DNA of 64,000 nucleotides from Spizellomyces punctatus DAOM BR117 (Eukaryota): NCBI GenBank assembly GCA_000182565.2, contig KQ257457.1; one strand, 5' to 3'. Shown piece by piece: positions 37,601 to 47,858 of this stretch (position 1 is its first letter; each line of letters starts with the position of its first letter). The notes under the pieces were generated by a model. It saw only the letters and a program-made list of their open reading frames with translations, ran no database searches and was not told where the DNA came from. The position numbers and the translations under genes were made by a program.

Positions 37601-40227
37601 TAAGTTGAACTTGATCTTATACTCCATCGGAACGAAATATTCAAGTGAGGTTGCAGGCCCTGACGTCCAATCTCTAATGAGGTCCGTAATCAGGGTAACG
37701 TGGTCCCGTAACAGAAACAACTGAGCTGCATTGAGCGCCACAGTGAACAGCCATGTTCGCTCTCCGTTCCATCGCAAAGGATTTTCCATTTGGCAATCCA
37801 GCTGGAAGGAGGCAGATGAATAAAATCAATGTATGCAATAACATAACGGTCATATGACCCTGTACATACCCTCACACTCTGAGCTGCCAACAGAACGCTG
37901 TAATTCAGACTTGTCAACATCGAAAGATCCTCGAGAGCAACATTCACGTTTGTAGAGTATCCATTTTCTCCTTGTATGAAGGGTACAATGATATCCACAG
38001 ACGACGTCCCCTTTGCTTTAAGGTCGATCCAGGCATACGGCCTCCCCGTGGATCCAACCTTCACATTCTCATTTCCGTCATCGTCGCTGATAGTATCATC
38101 GTAAAACTTCCAGTCCTGGAACATTGCGTCAGTCGTACTGGCATACTGGGGTTACATAGTGTATATTACCTTCGATTGCTCACGAAATGGAATGCGGAGG
38201 GCCGTTTCGCCTTCAAACTTCATGAGTACTTTCATGGCGACGAAGACTCGAGTTTCTCCGGGAACGAGGGTTTCAGTCTTTTCCAGGTTTCGGTAAGAGT
38301 AAGGAAAGAAAAACGATTGCATTATCCGCCTAGAGTCCAGTATACGCGTTAAATTATCTTGGTTCCTGCCAAAGGATAAATATGTCGATTACCTCTGACG
38401 ATCGGTCCATGGCCCATAATGCAGCTGCCCGTCAGTCACCGTGAGGTCTAAAAATATTATCGTAAGTACTTGAGGTCCATGTAACGCGAGGACGATAGCA
38501 ATTTTTATGTCTCAGTAGGGTTCGATTTGGGAAAGTCTCTAAACAAGGTGCCATTTGTTCTTATCGCCCCATTGTTCGCATCCTCACCTAGTCCCCATTC
38601 GGGAGGTAGATCGCCGTTTCCTACATCATTTTCTTCTTTTTGACTATCCCGGCTGAGCTCTTGTTTGATACTGTCGCGAGGAACAGGTCCTATAATTCGT
38701 GGCAAGGATCAGTCTTTTCGGCGCATCGATGACGTTATCGTCGGTCACATACCTGGAATATCCACATAATAGCGCAGTTCCAATCGTCGACAATCTAGCA
38801 CGTTGGTTACTTTCGCATATTCTTCAAAACGCCGTCTCTTTAAAAGAGGGACATTGGAGACTTTATATCGGGACAGACCGGCCCAATGTCGTTCTGCTTC
38901 TTGAAGAGGGATCTCTTCGTCTTTCATACCGCCCCAAATGATCCCACCGCCCAAGAATGCTGCCAACTTCCGATACCATGGGCGCCTTATGCTTTAGAGA
39001 TGTACAATTTTAGCTTCTCACTAAGGACGTAGGTTGGAATGTCGGGTCGCCATAATGATACAAACTTGTGCGAGCGGATGCGGGCGGCTTGATTCAAAAC
39101 CGGTTCGCGATAGTCAACATTTGTCATCATACTGAATTTAACCTTCTTCACAGACAGGTTTAAGTCGGTCCTGTAGAAATCATGCAGAGAGCGGGACTAA
39201 TACGGCATGGCATTAGTTAATGCTACGGAAACTAGGGAGAAACTCCTGCCGTACCTTAACGGCCTCGTACACCCCGACGGCTTCTTTATAATGGATGATA
39301 AAAATGGAAGGAAGGTCAGGCAGACCCATGGTAATTGCCCCAGTGGTGGCCGCTATATCGATTGGAAGAAACCACCGAAAACCCATATCTTTTGGTGTGT
39401 TGCTTGGGAAGTCTTCGGTGATATTTACTGGATAGAAAAAAAGTCAATTTGAAGCAGTAGGCCCTGTTGGCATCAGATCCATGTACCTGAGATGTTCTCC
39501 GACCGGGTAGGGCCCGCTGGAGGAGCAGCCCCGGACCGTTCTAAAACAGATTGCAGATGCTCATACGCAGCAGTCCGATTATAAATAAACCATTCTAGAC
39601 CGTCCAAACGAAGTCTGATCCTACAGGGTAGTTCTAATGATTTTACAAGTAATAATAACATAAGATATTGGGTTGAGCTTGCAAAGATACCGCAATTGCA
39701 GTCATATTTCACCTTGCGACCCGGACGCTGCAGTATCCCCGCCCTTTCGGACCCGCGAAACCCAGTAGCGGAAGGTTATATGTCCTCGAAGAACGCTGAT
39801 CGATTGATTACGCGAGTAATACCGGAGGTTTCGGAAGAGGACCTTTCCACTAAGAGGTGCGAACTGAACAGATTCTGGTTCCACCAATAACCATATGAAG
39901 GTTAGCTCACAAGGAAGTATGTAAAACAATTTTTTGAGCAAATGTGTCCCATACCAAGCTCCACCCACGCTCTATACTTCCGCCATGTGTATATACAAAG
40001 TAGTCGAGAGAGTATCTGACCAAGAGCCCGGCTTAAATAAAAAAAATAGAAAAGGGAAACTATGGACACCACCCAGGTATAAACAACGAACGTCCAGAAC
40101 TTGACTGGGTACTTGATGTCAGTAAATGGCAGCGTCGAGCTGATAGTTCAGAATCGTTTTTACCATTCGGATCATCCTGGTTGAAATTTCCAAAAGGAAG
40201 AGGAAACTCGGGAAATGTTTGTGACAT
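28618..40227 (-). CDS. CSF1: Csf1/BLTP1 (KIAA1109/Tweek) bridge-like lipid transfer protein, >3000 aa, multi-exon
   Basis: N-terminal TM then PLSGKVLFRNLRY..GHITFRYW, GLEWFIYNRTAAYE, LRYYVDIPG, LPPEWG, YGPWTD, PLRWNGERTW; C-terminal FEPQLKVTGDATPWEW..LG. Confidence 0.92.
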
Positions 40228-40482
40228 TCTAGTGCAAAGAGGAATTTCGTGGCTTCATGATTGTGAGTTCGTTGGTCACAATGATCTCCAACAATTGCCG
40301 CTGCGCTGTGGATGGTCATTGCTTAGGTACAACCACATCACGTGGGCGGCTGTGAAATTAATGACTTGTCTGACAGCGCGGACTCGACGGTGTCACTATC
40401 AATCCCTCCGCCACGGGAATTACCATTTGCGTCCCCCAATTTGGATATGCTCACAGCCGTGGACGTTAGAGTCTCACAGGGA

Positions 40483-41853
40483 ATGGCTGACAGCTATTCA
40501 GATAGTCCCTCGGAAGAGGGTGGTGCCGGGATGACCGCTGGGGATGAAGACAGGCAGGGTCGGCGCGGTGGCCAACGCTCGGCAAAGGATTTTGAAGTTC
40601 AGCCTACTCCAGAAGAGAGAAGGAGAGTACGGGCAGTGTATCGGGAATTGATTGCACATACGGAGGGTAGGAAGCAAACAACGGATGCTGCAGTTTATCA
40701 TGGAAGCTGATTATTGCTCGTTGCGTTCGCTCAGGCAAGCGGAATGAACTGGAATCTGAGCAACTTGTGAGAACCATTCAAAAGGCCAATGAGCTCTTTC
40801 AACAAGGTGGGCCTGTGCAACTCCGTGCTGGCGTGAAGCCAAGGAAATCTCATGTCAATGTGTCCGTTCGTCTCAAGTCTATACAACACAGGAAGCGACT
40901 CTGGATTCGAGGCTGCTGGTTACAGCTGCCGAATTGGGTGTACAGAAAGCACAGCGGATGCGGCTCGATGGCGGGAGCTTTAATGTGGATGATTGGATTG
41001 GAAAGCTGGTGGCCACAATGAGTACGGAGAGACAACTGGAGGAAGAGGACGAGGAATATGCAGAGAGTCCTGAAGTTCATCTGGATTGGTACGCTTTGGG
41101 ACAAGCGGCAACGAGAGCACTGCTGAAAGCTCCCACAATCGATTTTATGTGAGGGGTTACCATATTGTGGCCATTTTTTCTGTTTGGGTTTGATAACCAT
41201 TGGAATCATTAGGTTAGGCCCGCTTGCGGTAGAACCAAAGATTCGTAACCAACCACGCAAAGTTGCGAAGTTGGTGAAGAACAAGGAAGACCTACAAAGA
41301 CCCCAGCAGGTAGGATTACAGAAGATCATCAGGTTCTGGTCAGGTTAACCCTGACACCCTATGTGTTCAAAGCTCAAGGAGAGTGATTTCGACAAGCAAG
41401 AAAATGAAACAACCACTCTCGTATTCCAAATAGCGAAGCGCTTACATGAGGTCGGCAATATCAACTTCTTTACATTTATCGTAAATCCAGAATCCTTTGG
41501 TCAAACGGTGGAGAACCTATTTTACTTGAGCTTCTTGATACGAGATGGGAAGGTACAGCTGAATGAAGATGAGGAAGGAGAACTGATATTGGGTAATGTA
41601 TTACTACAACAGAATGAGATATTGGAAGAGATATTATCTCGACTAAATACATGCACCTATTTTCGTAGAACCGGCAGCGCCGCCACGACCCGAAGACTAT
41701 GAAGACAATGAAATAAAGCGCTATCAGGCAGTGGTGGATATTGACATGGCCACTTGGAGGGCGCTTATTGATGCATACAATATACGACAATCTTGCATAC
41801 CAACGCGCCCACCATCCACAATGACAGCGTCTGGTGGGCGATGGTATGGATGA
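40483..41853 (+). CDS. NSE4: SMC5/6 complex kleisin subunit Nse4, multi-exon
   Basis: ERRRVRAVYREL, EATLDSRLLV, TIDFMLGPL, FIVNPESFGQTVENLFYLSFLIRDG, IDMATWRALIDAYNI. Confidence 0.92.
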
Positions 41854-42218
41854 GCACCCACAATAGATCTCCGGTGCACCATGCTGACAAGCCCGGCATT
41901 TTACATCTTTTTGCCCAAAGATCAGTAAAGTTCTTGTCTTTCTGCCAAAGTAATTGTAAGGTTTTAGCACAAAGTTTCGGTGCAAGCGTTTATTAGCTCA
42001 GCAACCAATCCCCTCGATTTGGGAAATTGAACTTGAAATTCGCGCTCAGCTTGCGAGAACCTAAAAACTAGCTTGAAAATGCGAGGAAAGCGCCATCGGA
42101 ATGATGTACAAAGTTTGGCAATTCAGCAACGGCTAAAAAATCCGGCAGGGTCCCTGGGTATAAAGGTCTTGCCTCGTCGTCCTCACCCTGGTTGCGAGCA
42201 TCAGCACACACGAACAAT

Positions 42219-44765
42219 ATGACAATCCCTCAACCCCGCTACACAATCCCAGAAAAGCTGGCAATTGAAGTGCCAGGTGCCCCCGCCATACCTGGCGAGG
42301 GAAAACCACGATGTCACTATCTGACGTTTGAGCGGGAGTACCGTGTCAAGCAGTTTGGGAGCCTGACAGCCTGGGATATTTTCGAAGAAGGCCGAAGGCG
42401 CTCTGGTGATGCACCATGTTTGGGCCGACGTACAATGATCAACGGCGTTGCGGGGCCTTTTGTTTGGTATATATTTCATCAAGTTCAAGGCTTGGTGTGC
42501 ACACACTGATACCATTAATGAATCTATCAAAAAAAAGGGAGACATACAACGAAGTTTACACCCGCGCTGAACGTATTGCGTAAGGGCATTTTCATTCACG
42601 ACTTGGCTTGCGATATGACATTAATGTCTGATTCATTTTCAGGTCTGCGCTTGTAGCTCTCGGTCATCAGCCCAACGACAAGGTTGGCATCTTTGCAAAA
42701 AATTGCCCCGAGTATGCGATCGCTCAGTTTGCCGCATTTCGTCAGGGGTTTGTGGCATTTGCAGCAATATGAATAGTAGCAAGTTCCCTTAACAAACTCT
42801 TCGTGTACAGTGGTACGGTCGTCCCCATCTACGACACGTTGGTGTCGGATGAAGCTGTTCTTGTCCACATGTTGAACCTTACTGAATGCAAAGTTGTGTT
42901 TACAACTTCAAAGCAGGTATGTTATTTCATTCTTCTTAGCGGTCTATGTAGCAGACGCTGATGCTTAGTGACTCATTTAGGTACCCGTCCTGCTCTCTGC
43001 CAGTTCGAAAGTGCCGACCCTCAAAATCGTTGTCACCTTTGACGAGCCGTCCGATGAGCAAAAGAAGCAGGCTGAAATATTGAACGGTTTGTTCACGTCG
43101 GAGCATTTGCAATTCCTCAATTGTCTCTTGCTTACGCCAGTTGCATGTCCACAGTTGAGCTTCTAACGTTTCCAGAGTTGGAAAAGCTTGGGGCAAAAGA
43201 GCTTACTGAACCTAACGCTCCCAAGGGAGGTGATATAGCCTGGATTTGCTTCACTAGTGGGACCACTGGAATGCCTGTATGTCTCATCCTCAGCATATGA
43301 TATCTCTCCGTAAGGCCATAGTACAAACTTATTTTGGCTTTCAGAAAGGTGCCATTATCACGCACAAAATGTGCTCTTCCATTTATGATCGTGTCGCCCT
43401 CGGCATCGAACACGGCCTCGACCTTCCTCTCACGCCCGACGACGTTATGCTTTCATATCTCCCCATGGCTCATGTATTCGAAATGAGTTGCCAGACAGTA
43501 GTCATCGGTCACGGGGGCCGTATTGGGTTCTGGCAAGGAGATGTAACGAAGCTAATGAACGATGTGGCAGAATTGAAGCCCACAATCTTTGCTGGAACCC
43601 CCCGTATTTATAATCGAATCTATGATAGCGTCATGGCTCAAGTTTCCAAGGCAGGGTGGGCCAAAGCAGCTCTTTTTCACGTAAGTTCAGCTAGATGTAA
43701 TCATAATTCATTGACGGAAAACTGCCTTCTTATACATAAATCCTGATTCAATCAGACCGCATACAATGGCAAACTCACATGGCTGTCACGTAACATGTAC
43801 AACCACGCTCTCTGGGATAAGGTTGTTTTTGCCAAGTTGAGGGAACTGCTAGGTGGCCGTGTTCGATTCATGTACACTGGTGCCGCACCCATCAGCCGCG
43901 AAGTCTTGGATTTTCTGAAGATTGCCTTCTCTTGCCCAGTTATCGAGGGCTACGGGCAAACGGAATCCATGACCGGCACCTCTATTACCTATCCTTGCGA
44001 TACCAAATCAGCCGGAACCATTGGTGTCCCCATCCCTGGTGTTTACATCAAATTAGTGGATGTACCCGACATGAACTATCTCTCTAGCAGCAATCCCCCT
44101 GCGGGAGAAATCTGCTTCAAAGGATGCACCGCGTTCCCTGGATATTATAAAGATGAAGAGAAGACCAAGGAGACAATCGATGAAGATGGCTGGGTTCATA
44201 CGGGCGATATTGGCATATGGACTGAGCACGGCAACCTCAAAATCGTGGACAGGAAGAAAAATCTCTTTAAACTTGCCCAAGGGGAATATGTCTCACCAGA
44301 AAAGGTGGAGAATGCCTACAGTAGACACGAATTGGTCGACTCCATCTTTGTCACTGGAGAATCTACCCAAGCCCATTTAGTGGCCATCATCCACCCGTCT
44401 AAGGCCGCCTTTGTGAATTTTGTCACAGAAAAGGTTAAGGATGTGGACGCGACTTTACCCCTGGAAGAGCTGTGCGAGAACAAGGTTGTTCGTAAGACCT
44501 TCTTGCAAGAAGTGTCCCAGTGGGTAAGACGGAGTGGGGAGTTGAAGGGCTTCGAAATTGTCAAGGATGTGGTACTAGAGCCCAAGGACTTTCCCTCTCT
44601 CGGCTTCCTTACACCAACGTTCAAGTTGAAGCGTCACGATGCAAAGGTGTGTGAAGTCTTTTCGCTTACTGTTTTTTACGTATGTGTTAAAATCTTTTAT
44701 GATCACAGTTGCATTATAAAGCAAAGGTGGCGGCAATGTATGATGGTACTTCTAGCGTCATGTAG
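42219..44765 (+). CDS. Long-chain fatty acyl-CoA synthetase (ACSL/Faa2-like), multi-exon
   Basis: FTSGTTGMPKG, SYLPMAHVFE, EGYGQTE, GWVHTGDIG..IVDRKKNLFKLAQGEYVSPEKVE, LTPTFKLKR; TATAAA near 42159. Confidence 0.95.
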
Positions 44766-45044
44766 TGGATAGAGCCGGGCTCTGCGAGATTTTGTATATC
44801 TATTGATTTTTCATATGGTTATTTACTTGATACTCATAATTCTCTTTCTTATACATCCGTGCAATAATAATTCGGGGCGAAATATTAATTATGGTCGGCT
44901 CAATAATGAAATTGTTGATGCAGCTATCTATCGTAGCGTGCATTGGAAAAACACAATCATAAAAATTAAACAAATATGGTTTAAAGGCAACAGGCGCGAG
45001 CTAGCGTGGTGGAAAGGAAAAAATGATCAACGCGGTTGTTTCAT

Positions 45045-45126
45045 CGTCGGCGACAGGGTTTGAACCTGTGCGGGCAGAGCCCATTGGATTTCAAGTCCAA
45101 CGCCTTAACCACTCGGCCACACCGAC
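45045..45126 (-). tRNA. tRNA-Ser(TGA)
   Basis: GTCGGTG..TGGCCGAGTGG A-box, TTGGA-CTTGAAA-TCCAA anticodon arm, long variable arm, GGTTCAAACCC B-box, downstream T6 terminator. Confidence 0.97.
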
Positions 45127-45610
45127 TTTTCATAAACAGAGGCTTCTTTAATATAAGTATTATTTCCAACTATGCATCGCAGTCAGTGAACTCACACGAC
45201 AGTGCATGTTTTGTCAGCCCAGATCACCCCAAACGCGCTAGTAGCGGTCGCCAGTCAAAGTAATCGTGTGGATAGAATATCCGCTTGGGGTGGAAATATC
45301 GTTCTTTAATCTTTGGAAGCACCGGATTTTGCTTCATGCTAAGCCAAACCACTGCTGCATAGGGGAATATTTTTGTGGAATTGTGGAATCGCATGACAAG
45401 AGGAAGAATTAATATCCCTAACCTATGCTAAGCTAAGGCTTCGAACCACCTAAGTGTGGATATGCTGACATAATCACTATCACTCGGCTCCTGTTTCGCA
45501 TGTCCTTTCTTGACAAAAGTGGAGAGGCGATGTGGCAATCATTTCTGAAGGTGCTGGCCATCTCGTAGGGGTACTCTCGCTTCCTTTGTAAATCATTTTG
45601 TCACCATCCC

Positions 45611-47074
45611 ATGCTTTCCTCACCAGTGCATGCGACCCAGTCACAGAGAAGGCCCAGTCTTGGCGACGTTCTCTCCAACGTTTTCAAGCGACGAGGAAAT
45701 CATGAGGTTGAAGCTGAACCAGCGAGAGTCGAGTCGGCGTATCCCGCAACCCCAATTCGGCGTGATCGACGACCAAGTTTGAGCTCAGTGACAGGTAAAG
45801 AGCCTCGGAGTAATGCAGTTAGCCAAGGTTCCCGCCAAGCGCCTCCAAGGGAGCGGCAAGTTCGACACCGAAGGCATCGTCCCCGTGCACTGGAACCCGA
45901 CCCGTTGGACCTCCCTGACATGGTCGAAGACTTCCTTGCAATATTGGACGAAGATGAGATAGCACAGGAACCTTATCTGCGAGGTTATTTTACCGCCTTG
46001 CTGTCCCGATACGCTCGGTGGCAGGCGCGAGGGCGGTCTAAAGCCGCTTGTTTTGAAGCGGCGTGTTTGGGAGGAGCTCGATATTTAGAAGAGATTGGCA
46101 GGGCGCCCTCAGATCGTACAAATGCGCTTGATGCCGCGCTGGCAAGAGCATTAGCAGGTCTCGTTGTGGATGCAGTAGAGCCGGAAATGGCTATGGAGTG
46201 GGACGGGCCGGTTCGGGAGAAGGCAGTAGCCATAGTCACTGACGAGTTTCTGGCGAAAGCGCCGCATGAGCGAGTTGCGGGACCAGCCAAACGGAGGGTT
46301 ACAAAGAGTAAGAGCGGCTACGGTGGCGTTCATAATGTGGCTCTGCATGTTGTTCCAGATTGGGAGAATGACGATGTGCCACCACTGCAGTACGACATGG
46401 GCCGACGCGGGAGCGATGCTAGTATGCAAGAGTTCCCGCCAAGAAAAGGAAGTGTCGACAAAGTGCAGAATCTCCGAAGAACCAGCCGGGAAAATGCGCA
46501 TGACCATGCAAGGTCAGATGGCTTAGAACGGTTATCGCGTGTGCGCAAGTTGAGTCGGGAGGAGACACAAGAAGGCGCGCGCCGCTTGCGCCCTGGTAGC
46601 GTGGAAAGAATTGCGAATGGAGAAGAGGGGGAATACTATCCTCGCCGATCCAGCAGCCTGGAACGTGGTCCCGTTACACGGTACCGGAAGGGGAGCATAG
46701 ATGGCGACCTGCAAACTCCTGGACGTAAGTCGAGCCGTGACGAAACTACCGTGACCTACTTGTCCGATGCAGTGCCCATTCGAAACGTTACGCGACGAGG
46801 AAGTAGGGACGAAGGCCCTCCTCCTCCCGCCGTTCGAAGCACAACCAGGAACATACCCTGGGAGCCCATTGCCGAGGATCCCTCATCTTTCAGCGTCGCA
46901 CCTTCTTCGCCAATTCCCCCACGTCATGACAGTCGGGTTGCCATGAAATTGCAGCAACAGGCACTAAAACCTGGGCAAGTAGCGTCGCCGCAGCAGCGAC
47001 GAGGATCGGAATCATCCCGTGGTGAATCTTTAGGATGGAACGTTGCGGAGCGAGGGTATGTCCGCAAACGATAG
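45611..47074 (+). CDS. Hypothetical 487-aa largely disordered Arg/Ser-rich protein
   Basis: Intronless ATG-started ORF; about ten R-R/K-x-S motifs; one predicted helical block (~aa 100-215). Confidence 0.75.
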   Translation: MLSSPVHATQSQRRPSLGDVLSNVFKRRGNHEVEAEPARVESAYPATPIRRDRRPSLSSVTGKEPRSNAVSQGSRQAPPRERQVRHRRHRPRALEPDPLDLPDMVEDFLAILDEDEIAQEPYLRGYFTALLSRYARWQARGRSKAACFEAACLGGARYLEEIGRAPSDRTNALDAALARALAGLVVDAVEPEMAMEWDGPVREKAVAIVTDEFLAKAPHERVAGPAKRRVTKSKSGYGGVHNVALHVVPDWENDDVPPLQYDMGRRGSDASMQEFPPRKGSVDKVQNLRRTSRENAHDHARSDGLERLSRVRKLSREETQEGARRLRPGSVERIANGEEGEYYPRRSSSLERGPVTRYRKGSIDGDLQTPGRKSSRDETTVTYLSDAVPIRNVTRRGSRDEGPPPPAVRSTTRNIPWEPIAEDPSSFSVAPSSPIPPRHDSRVAMKLQQQALKPGQVASPQQRRGSESSRGESLGWNVAERGYVRKR

Positions 47075-47144
47075 TGACATTCGCGAATCCCAAGTTTTTC
47101 CGCATTGTATATTTGAAACATTATTTTGGGAAATCAGACTTTGG

Positions 47145-47233
47145 TCAAAAGCCAGTATATAGTGTAGAGGTGACAGAAATTGGCACTAGCTACTACACCA
47201 GGGAATAAACCAGCGACAACTGGTTCGGAAAAG
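47145..47233 (-). ncRNA. Fanzor omegaRNA-like RNA: 74-nt scaffold (47233-47160) + ~15-nt guide TATACTGGCTTTTGA
   Basis: Minus strand TTTTCCG-AACCAG ttgtcg CTGGTT-TATTCCCTG-GTGTAG..GCTAGTGCCAAT..CTACAC-TA; GCTAGTGCCAAT block shared with SpuFz1 omegaRNA as recalled. Confidence 0.85.
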
Positions 47234-47269
47234 CCAAGTAATTCCCTCCTTACAACCAACCAACTACTA

Positions 47270-47554
47270 CTAGGCCCAATTACACATGCAATACATTACG
47301 GTTGTTCTAACGGGGTAACTAAGTTCACCACACGAGAGAAATCCTACTAAGCCCTTGATTCCGAAATTCTTTAGTCGGAGGATGTTCAGATACTAAGGTA
47401 AATGGGAATTAGACTGGGTAATTTGCGCGTGGGAAAAATCATATGGATATACCTGCGATCGTAGCAATATAGTAGTAGCAGCGTTGCAAGGGGTTATGTT
47501 GTTGTTGTAGTCGGGTGGGCGAGGTCCTCGGCACCACCACATCTGTATTCTCAT
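47270..47554 (-). CDS. Putative spliced 74-aa micro-ORF inside ghost element B (exons 47554-47453, 47392-47270)
   Basis: GTATAT..GTCTAAT..TTAG intron; peptide MRIQMWWCRGPRPPDYNNNITPC...KGLVGFLSCGELSYPVRTTVMYCMCNWA*. Confidence 0.45.
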
Positions 47555-47647
47555 GATTTGACCGACAGTCGTGATGAGAAGAATTGCACAGATGCTTCGA
47601 GTCGAGGATGGGTAAAGAGGAAAGGGGAAAGAGACAGAAGGTCCCCC

Positions 47648-47654
47648 TTTTATA
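47648..47654 (-). promoter_or_regulatory. TATA box of ghost element B cassette
   Basis: TATAAAA starting 100 nt upstream of ATG 47554, followed by a pyrimidine-rich leader as in copy A. Confidence 0.6.
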
Positions 47655-47858
47655 GACCTTTGGCATGCGCCTCACCGCAGTTTAAAAAAAAAATTACATG
47701 CATGCCACACCAATCTGAGCGATAGAGGGGGTTCTGATTATGCGATATGACTGACCGGATTAATCCGGATAATAATGAGTTCTAGTGCCATTTTCAATCA
47801 CCTCCACACTATGTATAATGCTAATGGCACACATCTCTAAATACATTCATTCACGCTC

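Larger units (their letters stand above)
47162..47809 (-). mobile_element. Non-autonomous Fanzor1-type 'ghost' TIR element (648 bp), copy B
   Basis: CATA on minus strand at 47813-47810; TA duplicated at 47810-47811 and 47160-47161; TIRs GTGTGGAGGTGATTGAAAATGGCACTAG / GTGTAGAGGTGACAGAAATTGGCACTAG (28 bp, 4 mismatches). Confidence 0.9.

Noticed and set aside
9108-47809. One 38.7-kb composite transposon bounded by the two inverted homologous elements
   Set aside because: Each element has its own TIR pair and TSD, the TIR families differ, and the interior is ordinary housekeeping genes
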